Source: the human T2T-CHM13v2.0 reference genome, Homo sapiens
Reading direction: 5' to 3' (one strand)
DNA: 64,000 nt
Assembly (NCBI RefSeq): GCF_009914755.1
Contig: NC_060938.1
Both the position numbers and the translations under genes were made by a program. The notes under the pieces were generated by a model. It made no database searches. It was not told the DNA's origin and saw only the letters and a program-made list of their open reading frames with translations. Shown here piece by piece: positions 1-14,972 of the stretch (its first letter is position 1; each line of letters begins with the position of its first letter).

Positions 1-256
1 AGAAATGGCTATTCTAGTTCTAAGATAGGGAAAATACAAAGGAACCTGAAACATTTTCTTTTACCAGAATACAGGGAACTGCTCAAAGACAAAAAGGGAC
101 AATGTTAAAAGGACACACGAGCTGACCCTCAGCCAAATTAGGGGAATTTAGGCATTAAAAAGAATGGTGATGCATAGCACAATTTTTTTAAAAGCTTCCA
201 TTAATTTATAGAGGGACTCAACATAGAAAAGTGGGAGAGGGAATGCCAGCTACTTA

Positions 257-658
<402 letters not shown>

Positions 659-2099
659 CTATTTATTTAAGCATTTTTTTGTGATTCACACAGTCTCAAA
701 GTATTCACCTGCAGATTACTTACTAATTATAAACACAACAGGTTTTTAAAAAATTAATTTCTTTTTCAATTGGGCATAGGTGTTGAATTATATAAATTTT
801 TTCTTTTTTGTGTGTAATCTATTGTACTCTTAAAAATGGGATTCATATGAAAGGGATTTTCAGGCTGGAATGTAAGCTGAGAATGATAGTAAAGGAATAT
901 AAGAAGAAAAGCAGACCACACTTCTCTTTTGTTCTATGAACTTGGTTTATAGGTATAAGGATGAGATAATGTCTGTCTTCCTATGTTGTTTCATTAATGT
1001 CATTTCAACTCTGTTGAGCACAGACTTCTTTAAAACCATGTTGTAAACTTGGTTACAGTGTTCACGACTCTGCAGTCACTAGAACCAGTAACTGAAATAT
1101 AATGCATAAGATTTGGCAGTGGTGGGGGAGTTTGTTTTCAGATATGTTGATGTTCAAATGTCAGTAGGAAAACAACGTGAGGATAACCTTAGGCAGTTAT
1201 AAACACACCTCTGGTATAATGTCCTCTCTTCTAGAGGGCAGAAGACTACAAGTATAGATTTGGGAATCATCAGCATGGAGGTCCTGTCTGAAGCCATCAT
1301 AGTAAATTACATTGAGAGAGTGTAGCGTGAGGAGTTGCTTACCATGAGGAATTAGCAGAGATCATGGATCTGGTAATTAAGAGGCTGGCAGTGATCTCCT
1401 AAGAACCGATCAGTACAGAGTGTGAGTAACAACCAAATGGCAGAAGGAAACTGTAAGGGACGGCATGATGGTATCTTGAGGTTGAGGTAGTATAAAGGGA
1501 CAGTGTTTCCAGGTTACTGAAAACAACTAAGTTTGTAGCAGAGAGAAAGCAGTGAAAAGGGAAAGATTGAAAGTATTTTTATTTTTTTTCTTTTCCTTTC
1601 AAAATTGTCTGCAACCTTTATGGCTGCCAGGGCCCACCCATACCCAGACTATGTAGTATGATTTCAGCTCAAATAATTGCTATTGGACTATAGGTCTGGA
1701 CCTTATCTTTGCAAATCTAGTGGGAAATTTTACCCAGTGGATATTGAGTTACAGATCGTAATGAATCTACAGCTTTCATTTATCTTGATCTTCTTGATAT
1801 AAATTTTGCTATTCTAATTTTAAGACAAACTACTCAGTATACATATACAAAAATGCATGATACCCTCTTTACTAACATGACCTTGCTTTTAAAATGGAAA
1901 AAAAAATGGGTGCCTCGTAGATAAATGCACATTATTTTAGCTACTTTGGCTATATAAATGTTGCCAGCTTGTTTGTACTAATGTATAACCGTGCTTGAAA
2001 CAGGTATTTGAACATCCAGAATCATGCAGTATATCGGTTTGTGTATTTCTGATAACGCTGTTAAATTCTTTGAGAGTGTGTTCGAGGGGGGTGCTGTTT

Positions 2100-3420
2100 A
2101 TTTGTTTGTGTTTTCCGTTGAAAATGTTGCGGTACGTGGTCTATCACTGTCTTCACGGTCTGGGGGTGGACTGAGGTAGGGAGGGTGTGACGCTGGTATC
2201 TGTGTGAACTCGGGCTTGTGATGCTGAGCTTGGTTCATCTGCTTTCTCCTCCCTTTTCCTCCCCACTCCTTCCCACCAGCGCCACAGCAACATCCTCAGA
2301 GTCTGAGCGAACTGCGCCCAGCGCGGGCACGGAGCCTCCCACCGCCAGCAACCTGCGGCCCCGGAGAAGGCAGCGAGCGCAGTGACAGCGCCTCACCGCC
2401 ACCAGCTCCTGGACCACCATGGCCAAGAACCGCAGGGACAGAAACAGTTGGGGTGAGTAGCAAATGAGAACTTCTGCAGCCTGCACGGGGTCTTCTGGCC
2501 CTCCACTTTCTGCTTCTGTGGAGACAGGGAGGGCCAAGGGCTGCTAGGTGCCTGCGTCCACGGCTGGGAGACGGGCCGTAGCCGAGCCGCTCCCTGTTTG
2601 GGCGGAGGAACCATGGCCGAGCGGTACCCGCGTCACCGAATCGCGCTGTCGGGGTGAGGGCTGCAGCTTCGCGCAGGCCGGGCCTCCAGCTCCTTCTTCC
2701 CCACCCCCCTCCCGCCTCCTCCCAGCATTTGGACAGCACCCACCAGGCGCCTCCGGGGACTTGTGGGTTCCGCCTTAGCGATCGGTTGGGAGGAAGGCTA
2801 TGGGGGTGGGCAGGGGGCTGTTGTTACTCGGCCCCAGAGGGGCGAGGGGTCGGGGATCTAGAGCAGGCCAAGCCCCAACCCCCCTCCCCGGGAGCCGCCA
2901 ACTCGCTGGCTCTGCAGGGCGCGGGCTCCCGGCGGCGGGCGGCGGGCGGCGCGCTGGAACAATGAGGCGGAGCGCGCCGGGTCCCGGACGGACGGTAGCA
3001 GACCGAGCAACTGGGAGAAGGGCCACCCTCTTGGGAATTCCTGAGCACTGCAGTACTCCTCTTAATTTGGGGGTTGGGTGGGGGAATTGGGGAAGAAGGA
3101 GAGCAAAGTTGTGGTTTCCAGCCTTCTGCCCCACCCCGACGTGGTACCCCATTCAGACCAGCCCCAAGGGTGGCTTTGTTCTTTGATTTTACCTTTTGGA
3201 GACATTGGGCTCATGATTCAGCACCAGGCCGAGGGGAGGGGAAAGGAGAGGCGAGACCCAGTATGTTCACACCGCGAGTGGGTGGGCGGTGCTCACGCAG
3301 GCGGAGAAGAACGGGCGCAGCGATGCGGAAGAAATCGCGGCCCCGCCCGCCTTGCTGCTCCAGACCTAGTTCTGGACGGTTAGTGTGGGCAGGCTGGGCG
3401 TCTTTTTGTCGTAGGTTCCC
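2100..3420. promoter_or_regulatory. CpG island / promoter region of ATL1
   Basis: Sharp rise in GC and CpG density against an AT-rich, CpG-poor background; GC boxes (GGGCGG/CCGCCC); overlaps the start-codon exon. Confidence 0.9.
2419..2452 (+). CDS. ATL1: ATL1 coding exon 1 (MAKNRRDRNSW-G)
   Basis: Strong Kozak ACCACCATGG; 34 nt followed by donor G|GTGAGT. Confidence 0.97.
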
Positions 3421-4201
3421 GATTTCTTGCAGTCACAGTGCTAAACTCACCAGCATCTTAGGAACGAAAGCCCTCTAAGGCATTTATTTTATTATCTGAA
3501 CCAGAGAATGTCTCAGGCTACTGTGGCTTGGTGGGTAAATAAATATTTTGTTCATCAGCTTGTTATTTAGAAATTGTTATTTGGAAATAACAGTTGTTAT
3601 TATTTGAAAAGTTCAGAGCTGCTTGATTCTGTTCCACATCTCAGTGAGAGCTCTTCTATAACTGTTTATTTGAGCGAGAGGCACAAATGTAAATTTTAAT
3701 TGGTTATTTCAGTTTACTTTAATCAAAAGACCGTGTATCTCCTTGCCTCTGATTGTTCTAATGGTCACAGGATACGGTAGACAAGGTTTACATTTGGGAG
3801 ATTATCCAAGGTTTGTGGTAGGCATGGAGAGTTGGAGCGGGGAGGTCTGTCATGACTTAGCTGAGTTTAAGAGAAAGTGGTTCCATTTTCTGAGATCATG
3901 AAACTTCAGTTTTAACAGACCTACCTGACTATTGCAATAAGTTTTATTTCCTTCTTCTGAAATTTAAGTAAGCATTTGCAGTGTATCCCCTTTCCACCCG
4001 TTCTCTTGGCCTCTAGAATAGGAATTTATTGAACACACACAATTAGGGTGCGTATATTCAAGTCACTTTTGGTCTCAGTCTCCATGAATTGTTGTCTCCA
4101 CCCTGTTAACAGAAGCATGTGAAAATGTATTCTGAGGATTAAAATTTTTCTCCTTTATGAAGCTTTGGATCATTATTGCGCAGAATTTCCTTTGGCTATA
4201 A

Positions 4202-4496
<295 letters not shown>

Positions 4497-6520
4497 TTAT
4501 AAACTTCTTATGTAGTGGGAGTTTTTCCCTCTTGGGAACATGGTTCTCACATCCGGTTTTCATAAAAATCACACAGGGACTTATTAGAAATGCAGACTCT
4601 CCCATCTTCCAGCCAGAGCTTTGGAATCAATAGATCTGAAAGAGGGCCTAGAAATCTGCCTTTTAATTAGCATTTTAGGTGATTGGGAAGCAGATGGTCT
4701 TTAGGTGTTACTTTGAGAAATACTACCTTAGATTATTTACATTTGATAGAAACATCTCAGATAGTTTACCCAGAAGTCATCAGGAAAGTTTCAACTCAAG
4801 TGATGGATTAGGAAAAGAAATACTAGAATCACTATAGTGTTTACTGGAAATTATTATAGAAAAGAAAGAGTGGAATTCTGGACTCTTATCTTGATGTTCT
4901 ATGGAAATGCTTTACTACTTAGATTTTTCTTTGCTGTTAAGTACATATGACATAAATGACTTAGAAAATGTAGTAGATGGAGTAGGAGATAGAGGTTTTG
5001 GCACAGATATTAGCCCTGTCAGTCTTAATTCCATTTTATTACCAGTATCTAATAGAATGCCTAACACAGTAGGCATTTAGTAACAGCAATAGTAGCCAAC
5101 ATCGTTAAGCTAATGTCATATGAAATAGGTGCTGTAATACTCATTTTACATATTAAAAGGTAAAGCTAGTAGATGATTGACCCAGGATTCCTGCTCTGGC
5201 AGTTTGAATTCAGATTCCTTTATCTTCTATCTCTTTGTTGAATGGATAATACCTTCTGTATTATATTATAGAACTACAGTTTCAATGCATATTCATCTGC
5301 ATTATTGCATTTGATCTTCAACCTCTTAAGTATGTGTCTTAGGGCATATCACTATTTTGCAGATGAAAAAACTAACTCAGAGGTGAGTTAAATGATTTGG
5401 TGAAAGTCATGTATTTGGTAAGTAAAAGGACTGAAATTAGAATCTGGGTTTTTTTCCTAATTTATTTTCTATAACATGATATTGTGGAATGTTTTCATGG
5501 AGAGAATGGGGTGGGGTGTGAAGATAATAGAGAAAACAGATCCTTGTAGTAGACAGAGGTCTCTCATGAGAAAAATCTTATGAGAGCTTAAAAAAGAAGA
5601 CAGTGAACTGACCTTATCTAGCTAAGTAAGTATTTTTCAGACAAGTTAGAAAGAAAAAGGCATCAAGGTAGACAATCCAGAATGAGAAAATACAGTGATT
5701 TCCAAGAAAAGGGCAAGGAAGATATTTGCAAAATCAGCATGAGAGCTAAAATTTAGATAAGGAATCTAAGGACCATATAACAGGTGTTTTTATCTTAGTA
5801 GCTAGAGACCTGTAGGTCTTACAGGGACCATGAAAGCTACACAGCAGAAAAGCATCTCTGCTGACTGCTAGAATTGAGGACGATGTTTGAAGACCATACC
5901 CAGAGATAAAACTGGGAAGCGAGTCTGAGTAGAACTGAGCATCCTACCATCTGTACCTAAATCTACTCTTAAGATGTTTGAATAAATTTAAGCATATAAA
6001 AGTCAATTCTTCCAAAATAGGCATTGTTATTATTAATCATTTGAATGTATAAGAGATCTGAGATTCAGAGAGCATAAATGACTTGCCAGAGGTACCATAG
6101 TTTCTAGGTTATAGATCTAGTATTCAAATTCAGAGTTGTTTGCTTCCACAGTCCATGCGATGAGGACAAGGAATAGTATGCCAAAAGGTACCACAACAAG
6201 CTTATCTAGGATTAAGCTGATATAAGAAATCAATGCTGTATAAATTTGATCATTTGGACTAGAGAAGTAGGCAAAGAATGTGCTAGTGTGGAAAATAAAG
6301 GGGACAGATAAGTATCAGAAACAGTAGCCCAGAAAGCAGTCTTGCACTGCTTGGTCAGAGCTTAAGTGCTACCAGAAACAAAACAGAAATGCATACTTTG
6401 TTTGTTTGTTTTTGTCAAAGTTGCTTAAAAACTTGGGATACCACCTGGGAATTTGAGTTTTCTACAATGTAACAGAAACAGATAGTGCAAAACTGCTTTA
6501 GAAAAATAGTATTCGCACTA

Positions 6521-6899
<379 letters not shown>

Positions 6900-7129
6900 C
6901 TATATTAGCTTCACAGTAAGTGTAGGAAATGCCTATTTGTTGAAAAGGCATTTGTGGAAAATTAATTTTTAGGTTTCTGGTTTTGAGGAAAGATTTAAAA
7001 CAATCTTGAGTGTACTATAGTTACCTCATGATCTTCTTTCTTTTCCAGTTGGCTATATTCTATTTTTCTTGAAATGAGACCGTCTGTCCCTTTTTACCTA
7101 CCTCATCTTCTATATACCTAATTCTTCTA

Positions 7130-7652
<523 letters not shown>

Positions 7653-8047
7653 TTCTACTGGGTCATACATGTACTGTATGATATGTACTATATATAAGAC
7701 ATGTACTGTAGATTTTCCTTCCCTACATTTTTTAAGTTGCCTTCCCTGCATCTTTTCAAATGTACTTTTCCTATGTATATTTTTTATACTTAACATCTGC
7801 TTACCTTGTCTTGATGACTCAAGGGTTACACCTTTGCTGCATTTCAGACTCTGCAGACTTTATTATCTTTAGAATCAGTGGCTACACTGTAGGCAGAACC
7901 TGTGATCACCAGGGAAATAATCCACTGTGTAGTACTTCCAGTAATAAAAAAAGATTTTAGATTTGGAAGGTCTTCCTCTTTTACATAAAAATTTCTTATG
8001 AAACATATATGTATACAAAATAACATGTAAAACGTGTTCAGTTTTAA

Positions 8048-8451
<404 letters not shown>

Positions 8452-10402
8452 AGGACAACCTGTTCTTACCCTCTCCAAAGGTAAACACTTTCATTAATTT
8501 GAAGTTTCTAATTCTCTTGATAATTTTTACAGTTTAGCTATAAATAAATATATATATATCCCTAAATAATATACTATTTAGTTTTACATTTGAAGAGCCT
8601 AATATAAAGGGAATCTAGAGTGTGCATTTTTCCACAAGATATTTTGTTCACTCCACATCCTTACCCATAGTTGGTAATATGATAGGTCTGAAATGGTATC
8701 TCATTGTAGTTTCAATCTGCATTTTACTGATTACCAGTGAGATGTGAGCATATATTTATTGTCCATTCACATTTCCTCCTCAGTGCCTGTTTGCCCTTTG
8801 CCCATTTTAAAATTAGGTTATCTTTTTCTTCTTGCTTTGTAGGAGTTTTATACATATTTTTTATATAAGTCCTTTGCTGATTGTCTTATAGATCTCTTTT
8901 ACCACTTTTTGCATGACTTTGATCTCTATGGTGTATTTTAATAAATAGACATTATGTATTTAAACGTAGTCCATTTAAACAATATTTTCCTTTATGGCTT
9001 GTACTTTTTATATTTAAAAAAATCTTCTCTTACCTCAAAGTTATAAAATCGTCTTCTATATTATCTGGTTTTAAAATTTTACACTTCATTTTTTTTCAGT
9101 TTTTAAAATTTGTGGTAAAATACACATAACATAAATTTTACCATCATAACCATTTTTAAATGTACAGTTCCGTGATACTAGTACACAAGTAAAATATTGT
9201 TGTGTAGCTATCACCACTGTCTATCTCCCGAACTCTTCATCTTGCAAAACTGAAACTCTGTGCCCATTAAACAGTAACTCCTCATCCCTCCTCATGGCTA
9301 CTAGCAGCCACCATTCTACTTTCTTTCACTATGACTTTGACTACTCTGTGTACCTCACGTTAGTGGAATGATACATTTTTTTTTTTACTGGCTTTTTCAC
9401 ATAGCAAAATGTCCTCAAGTTTCATCCATATTGTAGAATATATCACAACTTCCTTCTTTTTTAAGGCTGAATAGCATTCCGTTGTAAGTATACACCACAT
9501 TTTTTTATCCATTCATCTGTTGACAGACACTGGGTTGCTTTCACATTTTAGCTATTGTGAATGATGCTTCTATGAACATGGTGTACAAGTATCCCTTTGA
9601 GACCCTGCTTTCAATTCTTTTGGGTATATACCCAGAAGTGGAATTGCTGGATCTTATGGTAATTCTATTTTTAATGTTTTAAGGAACTGCTATACTGTTT
9701 TCCACAGAGGTTGTACCATTTTATGTTCTCATCAACAGTGCACACAGGTTTAAATTTTTTCATATCTTCGCCATCACTTGTTATGTTCTGTTTTTTAAAA
9801 AATAGTTGTCATTCTAATGGATGTGATGTGATATCTCATTGTAGTTTTGATTAGCAATTAATATTATGATTTCTCTTGTGATTTTTTCTTTGATCATTTG
9901 TTGTTTAAGAGTGTGTTGTTTAATTGCCACAAATTTGTGAATTTTCCAGTTTTCATTCTGTTACTGATTTCCAACTTCATCTCATTGTGGTTGAAGAAAA
10001 TATTTAGTATTATACCTATCTTTTTAAAATGTATTGAGACTTAATATGTGGACTCCCTTATAGTCTATCTGGAGAATGTTCCAGGTACACAAGAGAAAAA
10101 TGTGTATTCTATTGTTGTTGGCTAGAATGTCTGTATTTGTCTGTTAGGTCTAATTGGCACATTGTGTTGTTCAAGTTCTCTATTTCTTTGCACGTCTTTA
10201 TTTCCTTTTTGTTTGTTTGTTTTATCCATTATTGAGAATAGGATATTGAAGTCTCCAACTGTTAGTATAGAACTATTTCTTCTTTCAATTCTGTCAACTT
10301 TTGCTTCATATATTTTGATACAGTGTTCCTAGGTACATAGATTTTTGTCATTGTTATATATTCAAATGCCGTATTAAAACTTTTATTAGTATATGATGTC
10401 CT

Positions 10403-10570
10403 AGCCAGGTATGGTGGTATGCACCTGTAGTCTCAGCTATTCCAGAGGCTGAGGCAGGAGGATCCCTTGAGCCCAGGAGTTTGAGGCTATAATGTGCTAT
10501 GATTTGGCCTGTGACTAGCCACTGTACTCCAGCCTGGACAACATAACAAGATATTGTCTCTAAAAAAAAA
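10403..10570 (+). mobile_element. Alu monomer (FAM-like)
   Basis: Single arm retaining the 7SL-like segment CCTGTGACTAGCCACTGTACTCCAGCC, plus A tail. Confidence 0.75.
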
Positions 10571-11223
10571 ACCAGTTCTTTGTTTTCTGTTAACTTCTGT
10601 GGTTTTTTAAAGGCTATCTTTTCTGATATTAGTATTGCCACCTCTACTCTCTTTTGGTTTATATTTACGTGGAATATCTTTTTCCACCCTACCACTTTCA
10701 ATCTGCTTGTGTCTTTGGATCTAAAGCAAAGCTCTTATAGACAGCATAGAGTTGGATCATGTTTTTAAATCCATTCTGCCAATCTCTTTCTTTTGATTGG
10801 AGAGTTTATATCTGTTTACATTTAAAGTAATTACTGATAAGGTGTGACTTCTTTTGTTTGTCTTGCTGTTTTCTATTTGTCTTATAGCTTTTTTGTCTCT
10901 CATTTCCTGCATTACTGCGCATTACTCTCTGTTGTGTTCAGTTGATTTTTATAGTGTAATGTTTTAATTCGCTTATCATTTCCCTTTGTGCACATTTTTC
11001 TAGCTTTTTTTTGTGGTTACCATGGAGATTACATTTAACATTCTAAAGTTGTAACACTCTAATTTGAATTTATACTAGTTTAATTTTAATAACATACAAA
11101 AATTCTTCTCCTTTACATGTCCATCCTCACCCCTTTCAGTTATTGGTATCATAAAAGTATACATATTGTGTGTCCAAAACACATAAACTAGTAACTGTTT
11201 TTTTAAAATGCACTAGTTTCTCA

Positions 11224-11586
11224 GCTGGGCATGGTGACTCATGGCTATAATCCAAGCACTTTGGGAGGATGAGGTGGGAGGACTGCTCGAGCCCTGGAGT
11301 TCAAGACCAGGAATTCGGGTCAATATGGCAAAACCCTTTCTCCACAAAAAAAAAAATGCAAAAATTATCCAGGTGTGGTGGTGCATGCCTGTAGCCCCAG
11401 CTACTCCGGAGGCTGAAGTAGGAGAATCACTTGGGCCCAGGAAGTTGAGGCTGCATTGAGCCATGATCATGCCACTGCATTCTAGCTTGGGCAACAGAGA
11501 AAGACTCTGTCTCATTGAGCTGTGATCATGCCACTGCATTCTAGCTTGGGCAACAGAGAAAGACTCTGTCTCAAAAAAAAAAAAAA
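11224..11586 (+). mobile_element. AluJ-like with internal 59-bp tandem duplication
   Basis: Diverged dimer; 3' segment repeated at 11454-11512 and 11513-11571. Confidence 0.9.
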
Positions 11587-12530
11587 TACATTACTTTCTT
11601 AAATTATATAGAAAACAAAATGTGGAATTACAGACCAAAATTACAAGTATTATTATATTAGCTTTTGGACTTACAGTTTTTTTTAAAAGTATTAGTCTCT
11701 TAAACCATATAGAATACCAAAGATGAAGCTACAAACTGTTGTTAAAATAATACTACCTTTAATGATTGCCCATGTATTTACCTTTACTGAGATTTTTATT
11801 TCTTCATGTGGCTTTAAGTTACTGTGTAGTGTCGTTTCATTTCAACATGCAGGACTGATTACCATTAGCATTTCTTGAAAGGCAGGTCTAGTGGTAACAA
11901 ACTCCAGCTTTTGTTTATCTGGGGATGTCTTAATTTATTCCTCATTTTTGAGGGACAGGGCTGCTGGATATAGGATTTTTAGTTGACAGGTTTTTTTTCT
12001 TTCAGCACTTAGACTATGTCTGCCCACTGCTTTTTTGCTTCCAAAGTTTCTGATGCGAAATTTGCTGACAATCTTGTTAATAATCCCTTATATGTGATAT
12101 GTCACTTCTCTCTTGTTGTTTTCAAATTTTTCTCTTTGTCTTTGGCCTTTGACAGTTTGATTATAATGTGTCTCAATGTGGGTCTCTTTGAGTTCATCCT
12201 ACTTAGAATTTGCTGAACTTCTCAGATGTTTATCTTTCATCAAACTTGGAAAGTTTTCAGCTATTATTCTACAAATAATCTCTCTGCCACTTTCTCTTTC
12301 TTTTCTTCTTCTGTAACTATTACAATGTGTATGTTGGTTCATTTGATGGTGTCCCACAGGTTTGTTAAGCTCTATTCAGTTTTCTTCAATCTTTTTTCTT
12401 TCTATTCTTCAATGACTTGATAATTTCTATTTTCCTAATCTTCAAGTTTGCTGATTTTTTTTGTCTGCTCAAATCTGTCTCTGACTACCTCTAGTGAATT
12501 TTTCATTTCAATTATTATATTTTTAAGCTT

Positions 12531-12693
12531 CTTTTTTTCTTCTTTTAAAGATAGGGTCTCACTCTGTTGCCCAGGCTAGAGTGTAGTGGTATGATCAGAA
12601 CTCACTGCAGCCTCAAAATCCTGGCCACAAGTGATCCTCTCACTTCACCTTCCCAAAGTACTTAAGTTACAGGCATGAACCACCTTGCTCAGT
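12531..12693 (-). mobile_element. Alu monomer/fragment (FLAM or J-type)
   Basis: Antisense Alu arm with T tail. Confidence 0.75.
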
Positions 12694-13920
12694 GTGGAAT
12701 TTCTTTTTGGTTTATTTTTAGGTTTCCTGTCTTTTTACTGAAATTTGTATTTTGTTTGTATGTCATTTTCTTGACTTTCTCCATGTCTCCTGCTGGTTCT
12801 TTGAGTATTTATAAGACAGTGGTTTTAAAGTAATTGTTGAGTAGGGTTGCCATATTGTCTTTCTCTAGGACAGTTTCTGTTTTATTTTTTTCCCTTAAAT
12901 GGCCAGTACTTTCTTCTTTCTTTGTATACTTTGTGATTTGTTGAAAACTGGACATTTGAAACTAATAATGTGGTAACTCTGGAAGTCAGAATTTCTCTCT
13001 TTCCCACAGTTTGCTATTTTTTCTTTTTGTTTTAATTGTTGTAGGATGTCTCCATGTCAAGGATCAGCCTGAGATGTAAACTTAAGATCTTCACGGTCTT
13101 TTCTGAGCCTGTGCCTTTCCCTGGGCAGTAACTAATTTCCTCTGTGTATGCAGTTGCTTTTGAATGTCCTAGTCTTTAGTGTCTGGTTTTCAAAAGTGGG
13201 CGGGAAAGAAAAATGAAGGGGTAGTTAAAGGAACCTGCCCTTTAAGTACCCTGGAAGTCACTTGAGCTAGAGTGGGAGGGGCTTCCAACAATGAGAGGTG
13301 GGGTGTGCAACAAGGACAGCTCACCTGTATCTGCACCTCCATGATCAGAAGCAGCAATTATCAACCAGAATACAGATCTCCAAATTTTGGAGGACAGGGG
13401 TTCTTATTCCCACTTTGGCTCCCACAACCTGCATTCAAGCTGCTCCAGGAACACATGCATGGCTGCCTGCCATGGGACTGGGAGATATGGGATGTGTAGC
13501 TCCTGCTAAGCTAAGAGCTAAAATTGACTGAAATTAACTGCAATTTACTATCCAAGCTTATCCCTGGAAGTTTCAAGTTTTTAATGGATTCCAGAGTTCT
13601 TCTCAGAACTCTTTCCAGTCTCACTTCATCAGATTAAGACTTCATCAGATTTCTCCTTTATTCATAATTATTAGTATTTACAAATCATCACTGGATATTG
13701 AATTTTAACAAATGCCTTTCCTGCATTCATTCAAATAATTATATGGTTTTTCTTTTCTAGTTTGTTAATACGTTTAATTAGATCAATAGATTTTTTATGT
13801 TGAGGTGATCTTGCATTTCTAGAATAAATCCAGGCTAGTCATGTTGTATTTCCTTTTTTAATACATTACTGGGTTTGCTAATCTTTAGATTACAATATTT
13901 GCAAGCATGTTTACAACTAA

Positions 13921-14310
13921 TTTTCTTTTTTTGACTATTACAAAAGTTTATTTAACAAAAAGTCTAATATGAAAATGTACATGACCTAATTTTTACATAA
14001 TTTTTACCTAACTTAACAGGCCCTTTGGAGAGGCGACATGGATTTCTCTGCTGAATGGTCATTATTTATACATTCCAAGTCTTCTAACATGATGGTACTA
14101 TTTCCTTGCATTACCACCATTCCAATATTGTTTTGTTGCCCGCTAGTTGCCATCTCCACACATTTATCTATCACAAGATTCATAAAGGGATCAAATCCCC
14201 ACAATATTCCTTGGACATGTCTGCCACCATTTAATTTCAGTTATAACTTCTTGTCCATAAATTTTTTTAAATCCAGAGGGTGAGCTTTGCTCATGGTGTC
14301 TTTTCCGTGG
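13921..14310 (-). pseudogene. Processed pseudogene of SNRPG (Sm protein G); possibly the annotated SNRPGP1 (recollection, not verified)
   Basis: Intronless; ATG at 14294 reads [60 protein letters not shown]...; premature TAA at 14243-14241; frameshift near the native stop; 3'UTR with AATAAA (13952-13947) and short poly(A). Confidence 0.93.
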
Positions 14311-14972
14311 GCTTACAGATCACTGAATTTCCTTTCTTGCACTTTCTTTGTCTGACTTTGATATCAAGGTATCAAGGTTATACTAATTTTATAAAATGAG
14401 TAGGGGACATTTCCTTTTTAAAAAAAATTCTCTGTAAGAATTCATGTAAGATTAGGATGATCTAGTTTGAGAAAACTAGTCTATTAAACCTCCTGGACCT
14501 GCCATATAAGATTTTGAACTGTTCATTCAATTTCTGTTTTGGTTATAGAATAATTAAAGTTTTCTATTTCTTCTTGAGTCAGTTTTAGTAATTTACATTT
14601 TTCTTGAAATCTATCCATTTCATCAAGCTGGCATAAGATTGTTCTAAGTTTTCTGTTATTTTCTCTGCTTAATTTTGTTTATGTGTACCTTCCTTAGTAT
14701 ATCTTTTATCATGTGATTTCTCCTTTTTTCTTTTCTATTTATTTAATTTCTGTGCATCTCTATTATTATACTTTCTTTTGGTTTATTCTATATTTTATTC
14801 TTTGTAACTTAAGAAGTTGGATACTGAGCTCGTACATTTTCAGCTTTTCTTCTTTTTCTGATCTATGCATTTAAGGCTATAAGTTTTTTCTACATAACAA
14901 TTTTGCTCTATCCTATATATGTTGATATGTAGTAGATTTATTATTGTTCAGTTTTAAGTATTTTACTGTGTC

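Larger units (their letters stand above)
9090..13560 (-). mobile_element. Old L1 (L1M-type) fragments interrupted by Alus
   Basis: L1 3'-end and ORF2-like antisense motifs (e.g. TATACCCAGAAGTGGAATTGCTGGATC, TTGAAGTCTCCAACT). Confidence 0.75.

Noticed and set aside
2235-3478. Many overlapping 70-150 aa ORFs on both strands
   Set aside because: Expected from stop-codon scarcity in a GC-rich CpG island; low-complexity P/G/R/A content, mostly non-ATG starts, no recognisable domain
14013-14283. 63-aa Sm-like ORF (minus strand) and its 81-aa antisense ORF
   Set aside because: Remnant of the SNRPG retrocopy downstream of a premature stop; starts at TTG, lacks the N-terminus and has a frameshifted end
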